Positions 54,905-64,000 of a DNA stretch of 64,000 nt are shown one piece after another. The position numbers and the translations under genes were made by a program. A model generated the notes under the pieces. The model made no database searches. It was given only the letters and a program-made list of their open reading frames with translations, and was not told where the DNA came from. Numbering within the stretch: the stretch's first letter is position 1; the number at the start of each line of letters is the position of its first letter. Source of the stretch: Bacteroidales bacterium (GTDB taxonomy: Bacteria; Bacteroidota; Bacteroidia; Bacteroidales; UBA932); NCBI GenBank assembly GCA_017534745.1, contig JAFXVX010000018.1, positions 1 to 64,000 on the forward strand, read 5' to 3'.

Positions 54905-55735
54905 TCACTCACTCAATAACTTATGTAAATTAGTCTCTTCCAGAACATTTATCTGTTCAATTGCCATTTTGTTGAGTCTTGTGGCTCTGGCGGGCTGAGA
55001 TAGCCCAAGTTTAATTAATTCCGCATTCATGCTTTCCAGATTTACCAGCACAATCAGTTGACTAAGCGTTGCGCCATCTCTGATATTCCCTTTTGCATTA
55101 GGGTTTTCATCCCGCCACATTCTGGCGGTCTTGCCGAAAAGTGCAACATTCAAGACATCAGCCTCGTTTGCGTAGATAAAGGACTGTGCACGTAAAGATA
55201 TGTCCTCTGGGATAAGGTGTACCTTTATTGCGTCAGTATGGATTCGATAGTTTATCTTTGTGAGTTCGCGACTTAGATTCCAGTTTAAGGAAAGGCGACT
55301 ATTTTCATCAGTTTTAAGTCTCTGGTAGTCTTTGACGATATAAAGTTTGAACTCTGGGGAAATCCACGATGCAAATTCAAAGGCAATATCATTGTGAGCG
55401 AAAGTGGAGGCATAGCGCCCTTGTTTTGTAATAATACCTTTTGCATTAGTCTGGTCCACCCATCTTTTGGGCGTAAGAACAAAGCTGTTCAATCCAGCCT
55501 CTTTCTCAATTGCCTCGAATTCGAGGTAATTGAATTCAGAATTATGGAGATGTTCCCATAAACCCAGAAAACGCACTGTGTTGCGCGTACGCATCCAGTT
55601 CTGAATCACGTATCCTGGATTCTCCGGTGTCTTATACCTGGCTATATCTGTCAGCGAGATAAAATCTCCCGATATCCCTCCATATTGGACTTCAACTTGA
55701 AATCCGTTTGCGTTTATATTCGATTTGCCAGCCAT
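54905..55735 (-). CDS. KilA-N domain DNA-binding protein (phage Bro/KilA-like)
   Basis: 276 aa. The N-terminal region contains the KilA-N hallmark FAHNDIAFEFASWISPEFKLYIV (compare HPDLAIAFAMWISPEF of phage P1 KilA and APSES proteins). Low GC (about 40%). Confidence 0.65.
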   Translation of the reverse strand: MAGKSNINANGFQVEVQYGGISGDFISLTDIARYKTPENPGYVIQNWMRTRNTVRFLGLWEHLHNSEFNYLEFEAIEKEAGLNSFVLTPKRWVDQTNAKGIITKQGRYASTFAHNDIAFEFASWISPEFKLYIVKDYQRLKTDENSRLSLNWNLSRELTKINYRIHTDAIKVHLIPEDISLRAQSFIYANEADVLNVALFGKTARMWRDENPNAKGNIRDGATLSQLIVLVNLESMNAELIKLGLSQPARATRLNKMAIEQINVLEETNLHKLLSE

Positions 55736-55906
55736 AATTATATGATCTTTTTCATTACCGCGAATATACCCCGTTTTGAACTTTCCTGCAAGATTCTTTT
55801 TGCTTTAAAATGAAAAAAAATTACATTTGTTCTGCCGTGAAATCGGTCCACAACTTTGTTAATATATGAATGCCGTGTGGAGCGACGGAAGGCTAATCAG
55901 GAATTT

Positions 55907-56479
55907 ATGGAGGAAAAAACGAATGTCCGATTCCTTACGGACTCAACAGATGGGAAAGACGGCGCTAAGGAGGTCATTATGGATTATGTGATCTCATGGA
56001 CTCTTCGTCGTGCCCAAAATATTTGCGCTGGAGAGAAACCAATTCTCTATAGGTATTGCAGGAAATTTCTGGGAAAACTTATTGGGCAGGAAATTTCAGA
56101 CTTTGATTTCGTAGAAGTGGAGACCTGGAAGCAGGAGTCAAGGATAGATCTTTGGGTTTGGGTTAAAGTAAATAATGTTGAACACGATATCCTTATCGAA
56201 GATAAGTATTATTCGCCTGTTCACAACGACCAGCTAAATAGATATAGAGAAGTATTTGATGACTGGATTGGGGAGAATCGGGCAGACTCAATTCGCCACT
56301 ACTGGTTATTGACGTGTTATGAACAGGGGGTGACTGATATATATGATATCGCTGTCAGGAATAGTGGTTTCAAGATATTGTTCTGGGACCAGATGCTTGA
56401 TGCGATGGGGTGTAATATTGAAGAACCTGTCAAGAGTGAAAGTGACATTTTTAATGAGTTCTGGCTGGAGAACTGGTGA
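55907..56479 (+). CDS. PD-(D/E)xK-motif putative nuclease
   Basis: Start taken at the first ATG (MEEKTN...). The ORF track uses an upstream TTG. 190 aa. Core motif ...ESRIDLWVWVKVNNVEHDILIEDKYY... gives a D-(x12)-E-D-K arrangement on predicted beta-strands, as in restriction-endonuclease-fold nucleases. Low GC. Divergent from the KilA-N gene. Confidence 0.5.
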   Translation: MEEKTNVRFLTDSTDGKDGAKEVIMDYVISWTLRRAQNICAGEKPILYRYCRKFLGKLIGQEISDFDFVEVETWKQESRIDLWVWVKVNNVEHDILIEDKYYSPVHNDQLNRYREVFDDWIGENRADSIRHYWLLTCYEQGVTDIYDIAVRNSGFKILFWDQMLDAMGCNIEEPVKSESDIFNEFWLENW

Positions 56480-56483
56480 TATT

Positions 56484-57065
56484 ATGGATAAGGAGACAGT
56501 CGGAATAATAGCGTTGATTGCGATAACGATAATTGCGTACATCGTTGCTCAGATTTTTTCTCGGAAGACAGAGTGTGTGATTCTGTATAAGTGGTATGAT
56601 TTTGCCTGCCTTTTATGGATTGCGGTCAGTCCTTTGTTTATCGGGTTAGGGAATAAGATTTTCACAGACGGAGAGATGACGTCTAAGACCGCCCTTGTCA
56701 ATCGCATTATTTTTATGATTCCAATAGCCATTTTGGTTTTGACATCAATTTTTTCCAATTTGGGGCATGGTTGGATGAGCCTGCTTTATATTTTCGTTTC
56801 CATTATGGCTAAGATTCCGTTTATAATCGGATCTTGGATAATAGCTTTTGCCTTATTTCTGACCCTTTATGCCGGCGCTTCCGCAAAGACTGATGCAAGA
56901 TATCATGACGGTACACGAAGGAATGAAAAAACAAATCGCAGAATGCGTGCAATCGCTATTTTCTTCGCAATTTTCAATCCTCTTCTGTTTGATTTGGTAA
57001 AGCCTCGTACCAATCGTGGCAAGTTAAGCGACTTTGTATATAATAGAGCAACTCGTGACCTATAA
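56484..57065 (+). CDS. 4-5-TM integral membrane protein, unknown function
   Basis: Start at MDKETVGIIALIAITIIAYIV, 4 nt after the stop of the upstream gene, giving 193 aa. Four to five hydrophobic helices and a basic C-terminal tail. Low GC. Confidence 0.55.
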   Translation: MDKETVGIIALIAITIIAYIVAQIFSRKTECVILYKWYDFACLLWIAVSPLFIGLGNKIFTDGEMTSKTALVNRIIFMIPIAILVLTSIFSNLGHGWMSLLYIFVSIMAKIPFIIGSWIIAFALFLTLYAGASAKTDARYHDGTRRNEKTNRRMRAIAIFFAIFNPLLFDLVKPRTNRGKLSDFVYNRATRDL

Positions 57066-57095
57066 GTTTTTGATATTAAACATATTTACTGGATA

Positions 57096-57773
57096 ATGAA
57101 AATTTTTGGTTTCCTTGAGACAATGGATTATAACGACGAAGTCTCCATCATTCACAGAATAGGTGGTATAATCCGTAACAAAAAAATGTCGCAATTGTCT
57201 ACTAACCGGATCGTTGTCAAAGAAATACATATGGTCCGAGTTGATTATTCACGGAAGTATTATGGTGGCAGGGAGGATCTTGAATTCACAGAAGTATGGC
57301 CATCTAAATATGGATGCATAGATATGTGGCAAGAAGAGGTTTTCGATGATAAGATATTTGAAGATGTCATAGTGGAACTTGACAAACGAGGAAGGAGAAA
57401 AACTGATAGGATTTCCAACTTGTCAGATATCTTAAAACCATTCCTTGATGCCTCAGAGACACATAAGGAGTGTAAATATTTCTTGAGTGAAATAGATGCC
57501 GAAATTGATCCGGAAATTGGCGATAATATACAGTCAATGTTTGTCCGGGTCTTTAAAAAGGCGGCAAAAGTAGTCAGCTATAGTATTGGCTTAAGGACTT
57601 ATGAATTATGCTTAACGCAGGCGCAAGATGGCTTAGTGTTTATTTTTGAGAAAGTCCCCGGGCTATTCAGTGAAAAACGTCTTCTTGAAAGCGATAGCCT
57701 GACACATCCGATGAAAAATCTTTCCGGAGAGCAATTAGCAGAAATAAGGAAAACTCTGCGCCAGTCGAATTAG
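57096..57773 (+). CDS. hypothetical acidic cytoplasmic protein
   Basis: 225-aa ORF, low GC, no recognisable motif. Last gene of the island. Its stop lies inside a GAATTAG 7-mer that is repeated at the other island boundary. Confidence 0.5.
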   Translation: MKIFGFLETMDYNDEVSIIHRIGGIIRNKKMSQLSTNRIVVKEIHMVRVDYSRKYYGGREDLEFTEVWPSKYGCIDMWQEEVFDDKIFEDVIVELDKRGRRKTDRISNLSDILKPFLDASETHKECKYFLSEIDAEIDPEIGDNIQSMFVRVFKKAAKVVSYSIGLRTYELCLTQAQDGLVFIFEKVPGLFSEKRLLESDSLTHPMKNLSGEQLAEIRKTLRQSN

Positions 57774-57775
57774 AT

Positions 57776-59896
57776 TCAGGAGATCTTGGAGTAGTCGCGG
57801 ATGGAGTATTTTTCGCGGCGGAGTTCGGCGACAAGGGGGGCATTGAGGGGAGACTCGAGGGCGGGGTCGCGCTCGAGGACGCTCGAGGCGTAGGCGCGGG
57901 CGTCGGATAGGATGAGGCTGTCCTTTGCGATGGATGCGATGTTAAGTGTCACGGGGAGGCCGCTCTGGGCGGTCCCCTCGAGGTCTCCGGGACCTCTCAT
58001 CTTCATGTCTTCCTCGGCGAGGACAAATCCATCCTCTGTCGAGCACATGAGTTCAAGCCTCTTTTTAGACTCGTTTGACACTTTCTGGCCTTTCATCAGG
58101 ATGCAGAACGACTCGTCGGAACCGCGGCCGACGCGGCCTCGCAGCTGGTGAAGCTGGCTGAGGCCGAAGCGCTCGGCGCTTTCGATGACCATCACCGAGG
58201 CGTTGGGCACGTCCACGCCGACTTCGATGACGGTCGTGGAGACGAGTATGTTGGCCCTGCCGGCGACAAAGGCGGCCATATTGAAGTTTTTCTCTTCGTT
58301 GGTCTGCTTGCCGTGGACAATGGCAACCTTGTACTGCGGGAGGGGAAAGTAGCTTACTATTTCTTCGTAGCCGCGCTCGAGGTTCTGGTAGTCCATCTTT
58401 TCGCTTTCGAAGATGAGGGGATAGACCACAAACACCTGACGGCCGGCTGCGATCTGCTTCTTCATGAAGTTGTAGAGGGCCATCCTCTTGTTCTCGCCGG
58501 CGAGAATCGTCTTGATGGGCTTCCTGCCCGGAGGCATCTCGTCGATGACTGAGACGTCGAGGTCTCCGTAAAGGGTCATCGCGAGGGTCCTGGGGATGGG
58601 GGTCGCCGTCATCACGAGGACGTGGGGCGGAGGACCGCCCGGGTTCTTGGCCCACAGGCGGGCGCGCTGATCCACGCCGAAACGGTGCTGCTCGTCGATA
58701 ATTGCGAGGCCGAGGGCCTTGAAACTGACAGTATCCTCGATGAGGGCGTGGGTCCCGACGAGGATGCTGAGGGAGCCGTCCTCAAGGCCGGCGTGGATGG
58801 CTCGCCTCGCGGCAGTCCCGGTCGAGCCGGTCAGGAGCTCGACGCGTACGCCGGTCGGCTCCAGGTATTTGGATATATTCGCAAAATGCTGCTGGGCAAG
58901 GACTTCCGTAGGGGCCATAAGGCAAGCCTGGTACCCGTTGCCGACGGCGATGAGCATCGTCAGAACCGCGACCATCGTCTTGCCGCTGCCGACGTCTCCC
59001 TGGAGGAGACGGTTCATCTGGGAGCCGCTCATAAGGTCTTCGCGGATTTCGCGGATAACCCTTTTCTGGGCTTTGGTGAGGGTAAACGGCAGGAAATCGT
59101 AGCAGCGGTTGAAGGGTTCGCCGACCTTGGGCATTACAATGCCGTTGGCCGCCCGGCTGCGGACGAATTTCTGCTTCAGGAGGGAGAGCTGAAGGAGGAA
59201 AAGCTCCTCGAACTTGAGCCTGTAAACCGCCTTGCTGAGGGCGCTGTTATCCGTCGGGAAATGGATGTTGCGCAGGGCATACTGCAGCGGAACGAGGCCC
59301 TTCTCCCTGATGACATAGTCCGGGAGGGTCTCCTCCATGGTCGGAAGCGCCAGGGAAAGCGCTTCGGCGACGAGCTTCTGGATCGTCCGGCCGGTGATGC
59401 CGGCGTTCTTGATCTTTTCGGTCGAGGAATAGACTCCGCTGATGGAAGCGTTGCCGGCTTCGCCCGGGGGCGGGGGAGAATCGATCTCAGGGTGGACTAT
59501 GTTGAGGCGTCCGTTGAAAACGGAGGGTTTGCCGAAAAAGAGGAAAGTGCTGCCCGGAGTGAGCTTCTCGGCCATCCAGCCGAGGCCTTTGAAGAAGACG
59601 AGGTCAAGCTCGCCTGTGTTGTCTGCGACCCTGACGTAGAGCCTCTTGCCGCCCTTGCCGGCACCTCCGCCCTGGACCTCGGTCTTTATAACTGTCGCGA
59701 GGATCTGGACATCGGCCATCCCGGGCTCCAGGGAGCCGATTTTGTGGATTACGCCGCGGTCTATGTAACGGAAAGGGTAGAAGCGCAGGAGGTCTCCGAC
59801 CGTCTCAAGGCCAAGCTCCGCCTTGAGGAGTGCAGCTCTTTTTGGCCCCACTCCGTGGAGGAACTGGATTTCCATTGTCTGAGGCGATCGACCCAT
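57776..59896 (-). CDS. recG: ATP-dependent DNA helicase RecG
   Basis: 706 aa with N-terminal wedge domain and helicase motifs (DVGSGKT Walker A, DEQHRFG DEAH box, motif VI QLRGRVGRG). Confidence 0.9.
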   Translation of the reverse strand: MGRSPQTMEIQFLHGVGPKRAALLKAELGLETVGDLLRFYPFRYIDRGVIHKIGSLEPGMADVQILATVIKTEVQGGGAGKGGKRLYVRVADNTGELDLVFFKGLGWMAEKLTPGSTFLFFGKPSVFNGRLNIVHPEIDSPPPPGEAGNASISGVYSSTEKIKNAGITGRTIQKLVAEALSLALPTMEETLPDYVIREKGLVPLQYALRNIHFPTDNSALSKAVYRLKFEELFLLQLSLLKQKFVRSRAANGIVMPKVGEPFNRCYDFLPFTLTKAQKRVIREIREDLMSGSQMNRLLQGDVGSGKTMVAVLTMLIAVGNGYQACLMAPTEVLAQQHFANISKYLEPTGVRVELLTGSTGTAARRAIHAGLEDGSLSILVGTHALIEDTVSFKALGLAIIDEQHRFGVDQRARLWAKNPGGPPPHVLVMTATPIPRTLAMTLYGDLDVSVIDEMPPGRKPIKTILAGENKRMALYNFMKKQIAAGRQVFVVYPLIFESEKMDYQNLERGYEEIVSYFPLPQYKVAIVHGKQTNEEKNFNMAAFVAGRANILVSTTVIEVGVDVPNASVMVIESAERFGLSQLHQLRGRVGRGSDESFCILMKGQKVSNESKKRLELMCSTEDGFVLAEEDMKMRGPGDLEGTAQSGLPVTLNIASIAKDSLILSDARAYASSVLERDPALESPLNAPLVAELRREKYSIRDYSKIS

Positions 59897-59940
59897 ACCC
59901 CGACAAGATACAAAAAAATTGCTTAAATTTGCCCTCCGGG

Positions 59941-60447
59941 ATGGAAAGTCTTGTAATTAATAACGACGAATTCTTCGCAAGCGTGCTCGAATGCCTCTCA
60001 AAGGGCAGCGACGCGACAATTCCCGTCAAGGGATTCAGCATGCTTCCGTTTATCCGTGCGGAGAAGGATCTCGTGGTGCTTGGCACCGTGGACGAGCTGC
60101 GGGAGAAGGACATCGTCCTTTTCCGCTACTGCGGCCGCTATGTCATGCACAGGATTATTTCAATCGACGGCGACAAGGTAGAGATCATGGGCGACGGGGT
60201 GCCGGAGAACCGTGAACGGGTGACCCGTTCCGACATCTGCGCCAAGGCCAAGGCCATTCTCCGCGGCGGGAAGCGCCGGAGAGACCCCTACAGCCGTTTA
60301 AGCCTGTGGCTTTTTGACCGCTGGTACTCGCTGCTTCCCGTAAGAAGTTATCTATTGTGGATTTACAGGCGTCTGCCCTGGAACTATTTCTGGCTCAGGC
60401 GTCAGTCAAGGGCTGCCGTCAGAGAGCAGAACGCAGAAACTCTTTGA
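59941..60447 (+). CDS. S24/S26-like (LexA/signal-peptidase-fold) peptidase domain protein
   Basis: Start at MESLVINN, giving 168 aa. The VKGFSMLPFI Ser-nucleophile motif and a downstream Lys candidate (REKDIVLFRY...) suggest a Ser/Lys dyad. No TM helix and no HTH. Confidence 0.5.
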   Translation: MESLVINNDEFFASVLECLSKGSDATIPVKGFSMLPFIRAEKDLVVLGTVDELREKDIVLFRYCGRYVMHRIISIDGDKVEIMGDGVPENRERVTRSDICAKAKAILRGGKRRRDPYSRLSLWLFDRWYSLLPVRSYLLWIYRRLPWNYFWLRRQSRAAVREQNAETL

Positions 60448-62239
60448 ATCCTTCCACCGAAAGGTCATAGCTCCTGACCGGAGCAATCTGCTCGCCGGTC
60501 GGGGAGAGGAGTATGTAGGAAGGCTGTGAATTGACGCCGAAACGCCGCCTCGCAATCTCCGAATTGACCCTTCCGACATCCTTGAGAACCCTGCCGCCGT
60601 CAGTACGGACCCACCGGTCCTCCGGGAGGCGGGCCTTGTCGTCGGTGTGGAGGGCGACTATCTCGAAGTCGTCGCGGAGCATGGAGAGTACCTCGGGGTC
60701 GCTCCAGACCCTTTCTTCCATCTCGCGGCAGTTGACGCATCCGTAGCCGGTCACGTCCACAAAGACGGGCTTGCCGCTTTTTGCAGCGGCCTCAAGTCCG
60801 CTTTCGACGCTGGGCCAGGCCCTGAGGCCGTGGGCGATTACGAGCGTCGAGCCGCTGTCTGCTTCTGACTCATCAGCGGCGCTGCGACTCAGCACAAAGT
60901 CCTGAGTCTCAAGCGGCGGCAGGTATCCGGAGAGAGCCTTGAGGGGCGCTCCGAACATCCCCGGGACCATATAGACGACAAAGGTGAAAACTGCTCCTGC
61001 AAGAAGAAGCCTGGTCAGGCCAATCTTCGCGACAGGCTCTTCATGCTTAAAGGTAATCCTGCCGAGAAGGTAGAACCCGAGGAGGGTGAAATCCACTATC
61101 CAGATTGCGAGGTAAACCTCCCTGTCGAGGATCCCCCAATGGTAAGTCTGGTCCGCGACGGATAGGAATTTCAGTCCAAGGGCTATTTCGATGAAACCGA
61201 GCACGACCTTTACGCTGCCGAGCCATCTTCCGCTCTTCAGCTTCCCGAGGAGGGAAGGGAACATCGCCAGCAGGGTAAAAGGCAGGGCGAAGGCCACCGA
61301 GAAGGCCAGCATCGTCACTATCGGAGCCCAGAACTCACCGCTTGTCGAACGGATGAGGACCGAACCGACTATCGGGCCTGTGCAGGAGAACGACACCAGC
61401 ACAAGCGTCAGGGCCATAAAGAATACCCCGGCGAGGCCCTTCCGGTCGCTGCCCTTGTCCGCCCTGTCCGTCCAGGAGGACGGCAGGGTGATCTCGAACG
61501 CTCCGAAGAAGGAAGCGGCAAAGACCATAAATATCACGAAGAACAGCAGGTTGGGAAGCCAGTGGGTCGATAGCCAGTTGAAGATATCGGCAGTCACGGC
61601 ATCGCCTCCGAGAAGCCTGGTGAGGAGGATGATGACCGTGATGGGCAGCGTGTACAGAAGTACGATGAAAAGGCCGTAGAAGAAGGCCTTTATCCTGCCG
61701 GCGCGGGGGGAGGCGCCGCTCCTCAGGAAGAACGACACCGTCATGGGCACCATGGGGAAAACGCACGGGGTCAGAAGCATCGCAAGACCCCAGAGGATTG
61801 CCTCCAGAATGAGCTTCCAGAGACCCCTGCCGGCTTTTTCAGCCGCGGCCGGGACGCTCACGAGAACTTCTTCGGGGAAGCCGCAGTGCCCTTCTTCATC
61901 ACAGAGAGTAAAACAGACGGCCGCTTCCGCATCGCCCTGAAGGGAAACTTCCTGGGCGAAGGAAACTTCACCGGAGAAGACATTCTCTTCCTTATAAATA
62001 TATCCCTCGCTCACCGCTTCAAGCTCCGAAACGGCTTCCGACGGGGGAGTCCACCGGACTGAAGTCGAGTTGAAACCGTCCCCGGGGCCATAGATGTGGT
62101 ATCCTTTGGGAACCGAGGCGGTGAAGGTAACCTTGTAATTGTCGCCGTCCCTGACGGATACCGCACTCCACGACACCTCCTGGGCACGCAGTGAAACGGC
62201 ACCCAGAAGAATCAGGAATATGGCGGCAAAGCGTCTCAC
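60419..62239 (-). CDS. dsbD: thiol:disulfide interchange protein DsbD-family (N-terminal Ig-like domain, CcdA-like TM core, C-terminal thioredoxin domain)
   Basis: 606 aa with signal peptide, central multi-TM region with conserved Cys pair (FSCTGPIVG), and C-terminal thioredoxin fold with CVNC active site. Confidence 0.8.
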   Translation of the reverse strand: MRRFAAIFLILLGAVSLRAQEVSWSAVSVRDGDNYKVTFTASVPKGYHIYGPGDGFNSTSVRWTPPSEAVSELEAVSEGYIYKEENVFSGEVSFAQEVSLQGDAEAAVCFTLCDEEGHCGFPEEVLVSVPAAAEKAGRGLWKLILEAILWGLAMLLTPCVFPMVPMTVSFFLRSGASPRAGRIKAFFYGLFIVLLYTLPITVIILLTRLLGGDAVTADIFNWLSTHWLPNLLFFVIFMVFAASFFGAFEITLPSSWTDRADKGSDRKGLAGVFFMALTLVLVSFSCTGPIVGSVLIRSTSGEFWAPIVTMLAFSVAFALPFTLLAMFPSLLGKLKSGRWLGSVKVVLGFIEIALGLKFLSVADQTYHWGILDREVYLAIWIVDFTLLGFYLLGRITFKHEEPVAKIGLTRLLLAGAVFTFVVYMVPGMFGAPLKALSGYLPPLETQDFVLSRSAADESEADSGSTLVIAHGLRAWPSVESGLEAAAKSGKPVFVDVTGYGCVNCREMEERVWSDPEVLSMLRDDFEIVALHTDDKARLPEDRWVRTDGGRVLKDVGRVNSEIARRRFGVNSQPSYILLSPTGEQIAPVRSYDLSVEGFKEFLRSAL

Positions 62240-63789
62240 TATTTTGCGAATGCGACGGAACGGGTCTCGCGGATGACGGTGATTTTGACCTGGCCCGGAT
62301 AGGTCATCTCGTTCTGGATGCGGGTCGCAATCTCTCCGGAGAGGACGGCGGCCTGCTGGTCAGTGACTTCCTCGGCGCCGACTATGACGCGGAGCTCGCG
62401 TCCGGCCTGGATGGCGTAGGAATTGGTCACTCCGGGATACGAAGCGGCGAGATCTTCCATACCCTTGAGCCTCTTGATGTAGGACTCGATGACCTCGCGG
62501 CGGGCACCGGGACGGGCGCCGGAGATGGCGTCGCCGACAAGAACTATCGGGGCGATCAGGGAGGTCATCTCGACCTCCTCGTGGTGCGCGCCGATGGCGT
62601 TGCAGATTTCGGGACGCTCCTTGTACTGCTCGGCGAGCTTCATGCCGAGGAGGGCGTGAGGAAGCTCGGGATCGTCGGTCGAGACCTTGCCGATGTCGTG
62701 GAGGAGTCCGGCCCTCTTGGCGGCCTTGACGTTGAGGCCGAGCTCGGAAGCCATTATGGCACAGATATTTGCAACCTCGCGGGAGTGCTGCAGGAGGTTC
62801 TGCCCGTAGGAAGAACGGTATTTCATACGGCCGATCAGACGGACGAGCTCCATGCTCATCCCGTGGATGCCAAGGTCGATACAGGTACGCTTGCCTGTCT
62901 CGAGAATTTCATCTTCGAGCTGCTTTGAAACCTTGGCTACGACTTCCTCGATACGGGCCGGATGGATGCGGCCGTCGATAACGAGCTGGTGGAGGGAGAG
63001 CCTTGCAACCTCGCGGCGGACAGGGTCGAAGCCGGAGATAAGGATGGCGTCGGGAGTGTCATCTACAACGATTTCAACGCCGGTCGCGGACTCGAGGGCC
63101 CTGATGTTGCGGCCCTCGCGGCCTATGATGCGACCCTTGATCTCGTCGTTTTCGATGGGGAAGGTCGTGACGGCGTTCTCAATAGCCGTCTCGGTCGCTG
63201 TCCTCTGGATGGTGTTGATAACGATTCTCTTCGCCTCCTTGGCGGCGTTGAGCCTGGCTTCGTCCATCGTGTCGTTGATGTAGGCCTGGGCCTCGGTGCG
63301 TGCCTCGGCCTTCATGTTCTCCATGAGGATGTTCTTGGCTTCAGTCGCGCTCATCGAAGCTATGCTTTCGATCTGGCGGTTGGCCTCGTCCTTGAGGCGC
63401 TCGTACTCTTCGCACTTGCGCTCGAGGGCTTCCTCGTGGCTTTTCATGGACATCTTCTGGGCCTCTGCTTCCTTGATTTTGCGCTGGAGGTCCATGTTCT
63501 GCTGGTTGAGGGTGTTTTCCTTCTGGCGGACGCGGTTCTCGGCCTCGCGGATACGATTGTTGGCCTCACCGACGTACTGGTCGTGCTCGCTCTTGAGGGA
63601 GAGGAACTTCTCCTTTGCCTGAAGGATCTTTTCACTCTTGATTTTTTCCGCCTCTATCTCTGCCTTGCGGATGATATCTTCCTTCTCGGCATTGAGGCTG
63701 CGCTTACGGATTGGTATGTAGATCGCGAGAGAGAGGGCCGCGCCCACTGCAACTCCGATTACTGCTCCGATTATCAAATACAGTATCAT
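62239..63789 (-). CDS. rny: ribonuclease Y
   Basis: 516 aa with N-terminal TM helix, long coiled-coil, KH domain ([15 protein letters not shown]) and HD domain (GLLHDIGK). Confidence 0.9.
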   Translation of the reverse strand: MILYLIIGAVIGVAVGAALSLAIYIPIRKRSLNAEKEDIIRKAEIEAEKIKSEKILQAKEKFLSLKSEHDQYVGEANNRIREAENRVRQKENTLNQQNMDLQRKIKEAEAQKMSMKSHEEALERKCEEYERLKDEANRQIESIASMSATEAKNILMENMKAEARTEAQAYINDTMDEARLNAAKEAKRIVINTIQRTATETAIENAVTTFPIENDEIKGRIIGREGRNIRALESATGVEIVVDDTPDAILISGFDPVRREVARLSLHQLVIDGRIHPARIEEVVAKVSKQLEDEILETGKRTCIDLGIHGMSMELVRLIGRMKYRSSYGQNLLQHSREVANICAIMASELGLNVKAAKRAGLLHDIGKVSTDDPELPHALLGMKLAEQYKERPEICNAIGAHHEEVEMTSLIAPIVLVGDAISGARPGARREVIESYIKRLKGMEDLAASYPGVTNSYAIQAGRELRVIVGAEEVTDQQAAVLSGEIATRIQNEMTYPGQVKITVIRETRSVAFAK

Positions 63790-64000
63790 GGTATCTTTGG
63801 TTTAAGTTTGTTTATCCATAAATACACGGCAAAGCCGCTTCCACTGCGGAAACGGCTTTGCGAAAGGAAAAAAGCCGCCGTCATCTTTCGCTGAAAAATC
63901 TTCGTTAAAAGATTTGGGCTCCATCCGTTTTCCGGCTTCCCCTGTCCCGAAGGAATCCCGCTCGGGGATTGGGGCCTGTCGTCCACGGTCTGAGATTTCC

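Noticed and set aside
59830-59940. Longer N-terminal extension of the S24-like peptidase (ORF-track start 59830)
   Set aside because: The extension overlaps the recG start region on the opposite strand and precedes a good ATG (MESLVINN). The shorter model was preferred.

Overview
This 64 kb window is a GC-rich (about 58-62%) chromosome segment that looks Bacteroidales-like. The basis is inference from sequence: fimbrillin-type pilin N-termini next to a BspA-type LRR protein, TAnnTTTG-like -7 promoter motifs, a 7TM-HD receptor, a serine-palmitoyltransferase-like gene and many lipoproteins. Recognisable housekeeping genes are nth, gyrB, a tig-clpP-clpX operon, dnaN plus a DnaQ-like exonuclease, htrA, rpoD overlapping argS, udk, glpABC, glmM, recG, dsbD and rny, plus several peptidases (DPP-IV-like S9, a second S9 and M16). 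Three tRNA genes are present (Ala-GGC, Val-CAC, Glu-CUC). Accessory segments are interspersed among these. (1) At the left edge, six co-directional genes with mixed composition (the first three at about 50% GC) include a paralogous pair, a 2-TM holin-like protein and a lipoprotein with a C-terminal TM helix. The module ends with a terminator and an inverted/direct TTATGCGTAA-type repeat at the 3' end of tRNA-Ala, which is consistent with the right end of an integrated phage-like element. (2) A 311-aa protein carrying IS200/RAYT-type Y1 (HUH) transposase motifs sits directly upstream of a ~59-bp tandem array of about 6.5 copies that resembles a REP/BIME array. (3) A three-gene pilus-like cluster encodes two fimbrillin-like proteins, one fused to leucine-rich repeats. 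(4) An NfeD-flotillin pair is followed by a tiny XRE HTH gene. (5) The most likely candidate for a previously undescribed system is a ~2.9 kb low-GC (about 40%) island inserted between a WYL-domain regulator gene and recG. It encodes a KilA-N DNA-binding protein divergent from a PD-(D/E)xK-motif nuclease, a 4-5-TM membrane protein and an unknown acidic protein, an architecture reminiscent of WYL-associated anti-phage or abortive-infection modules. No CRISPR array, rRNA gene or integrase was found in the window. All homology calls are based on motifs recognised by eye, not on database searches.
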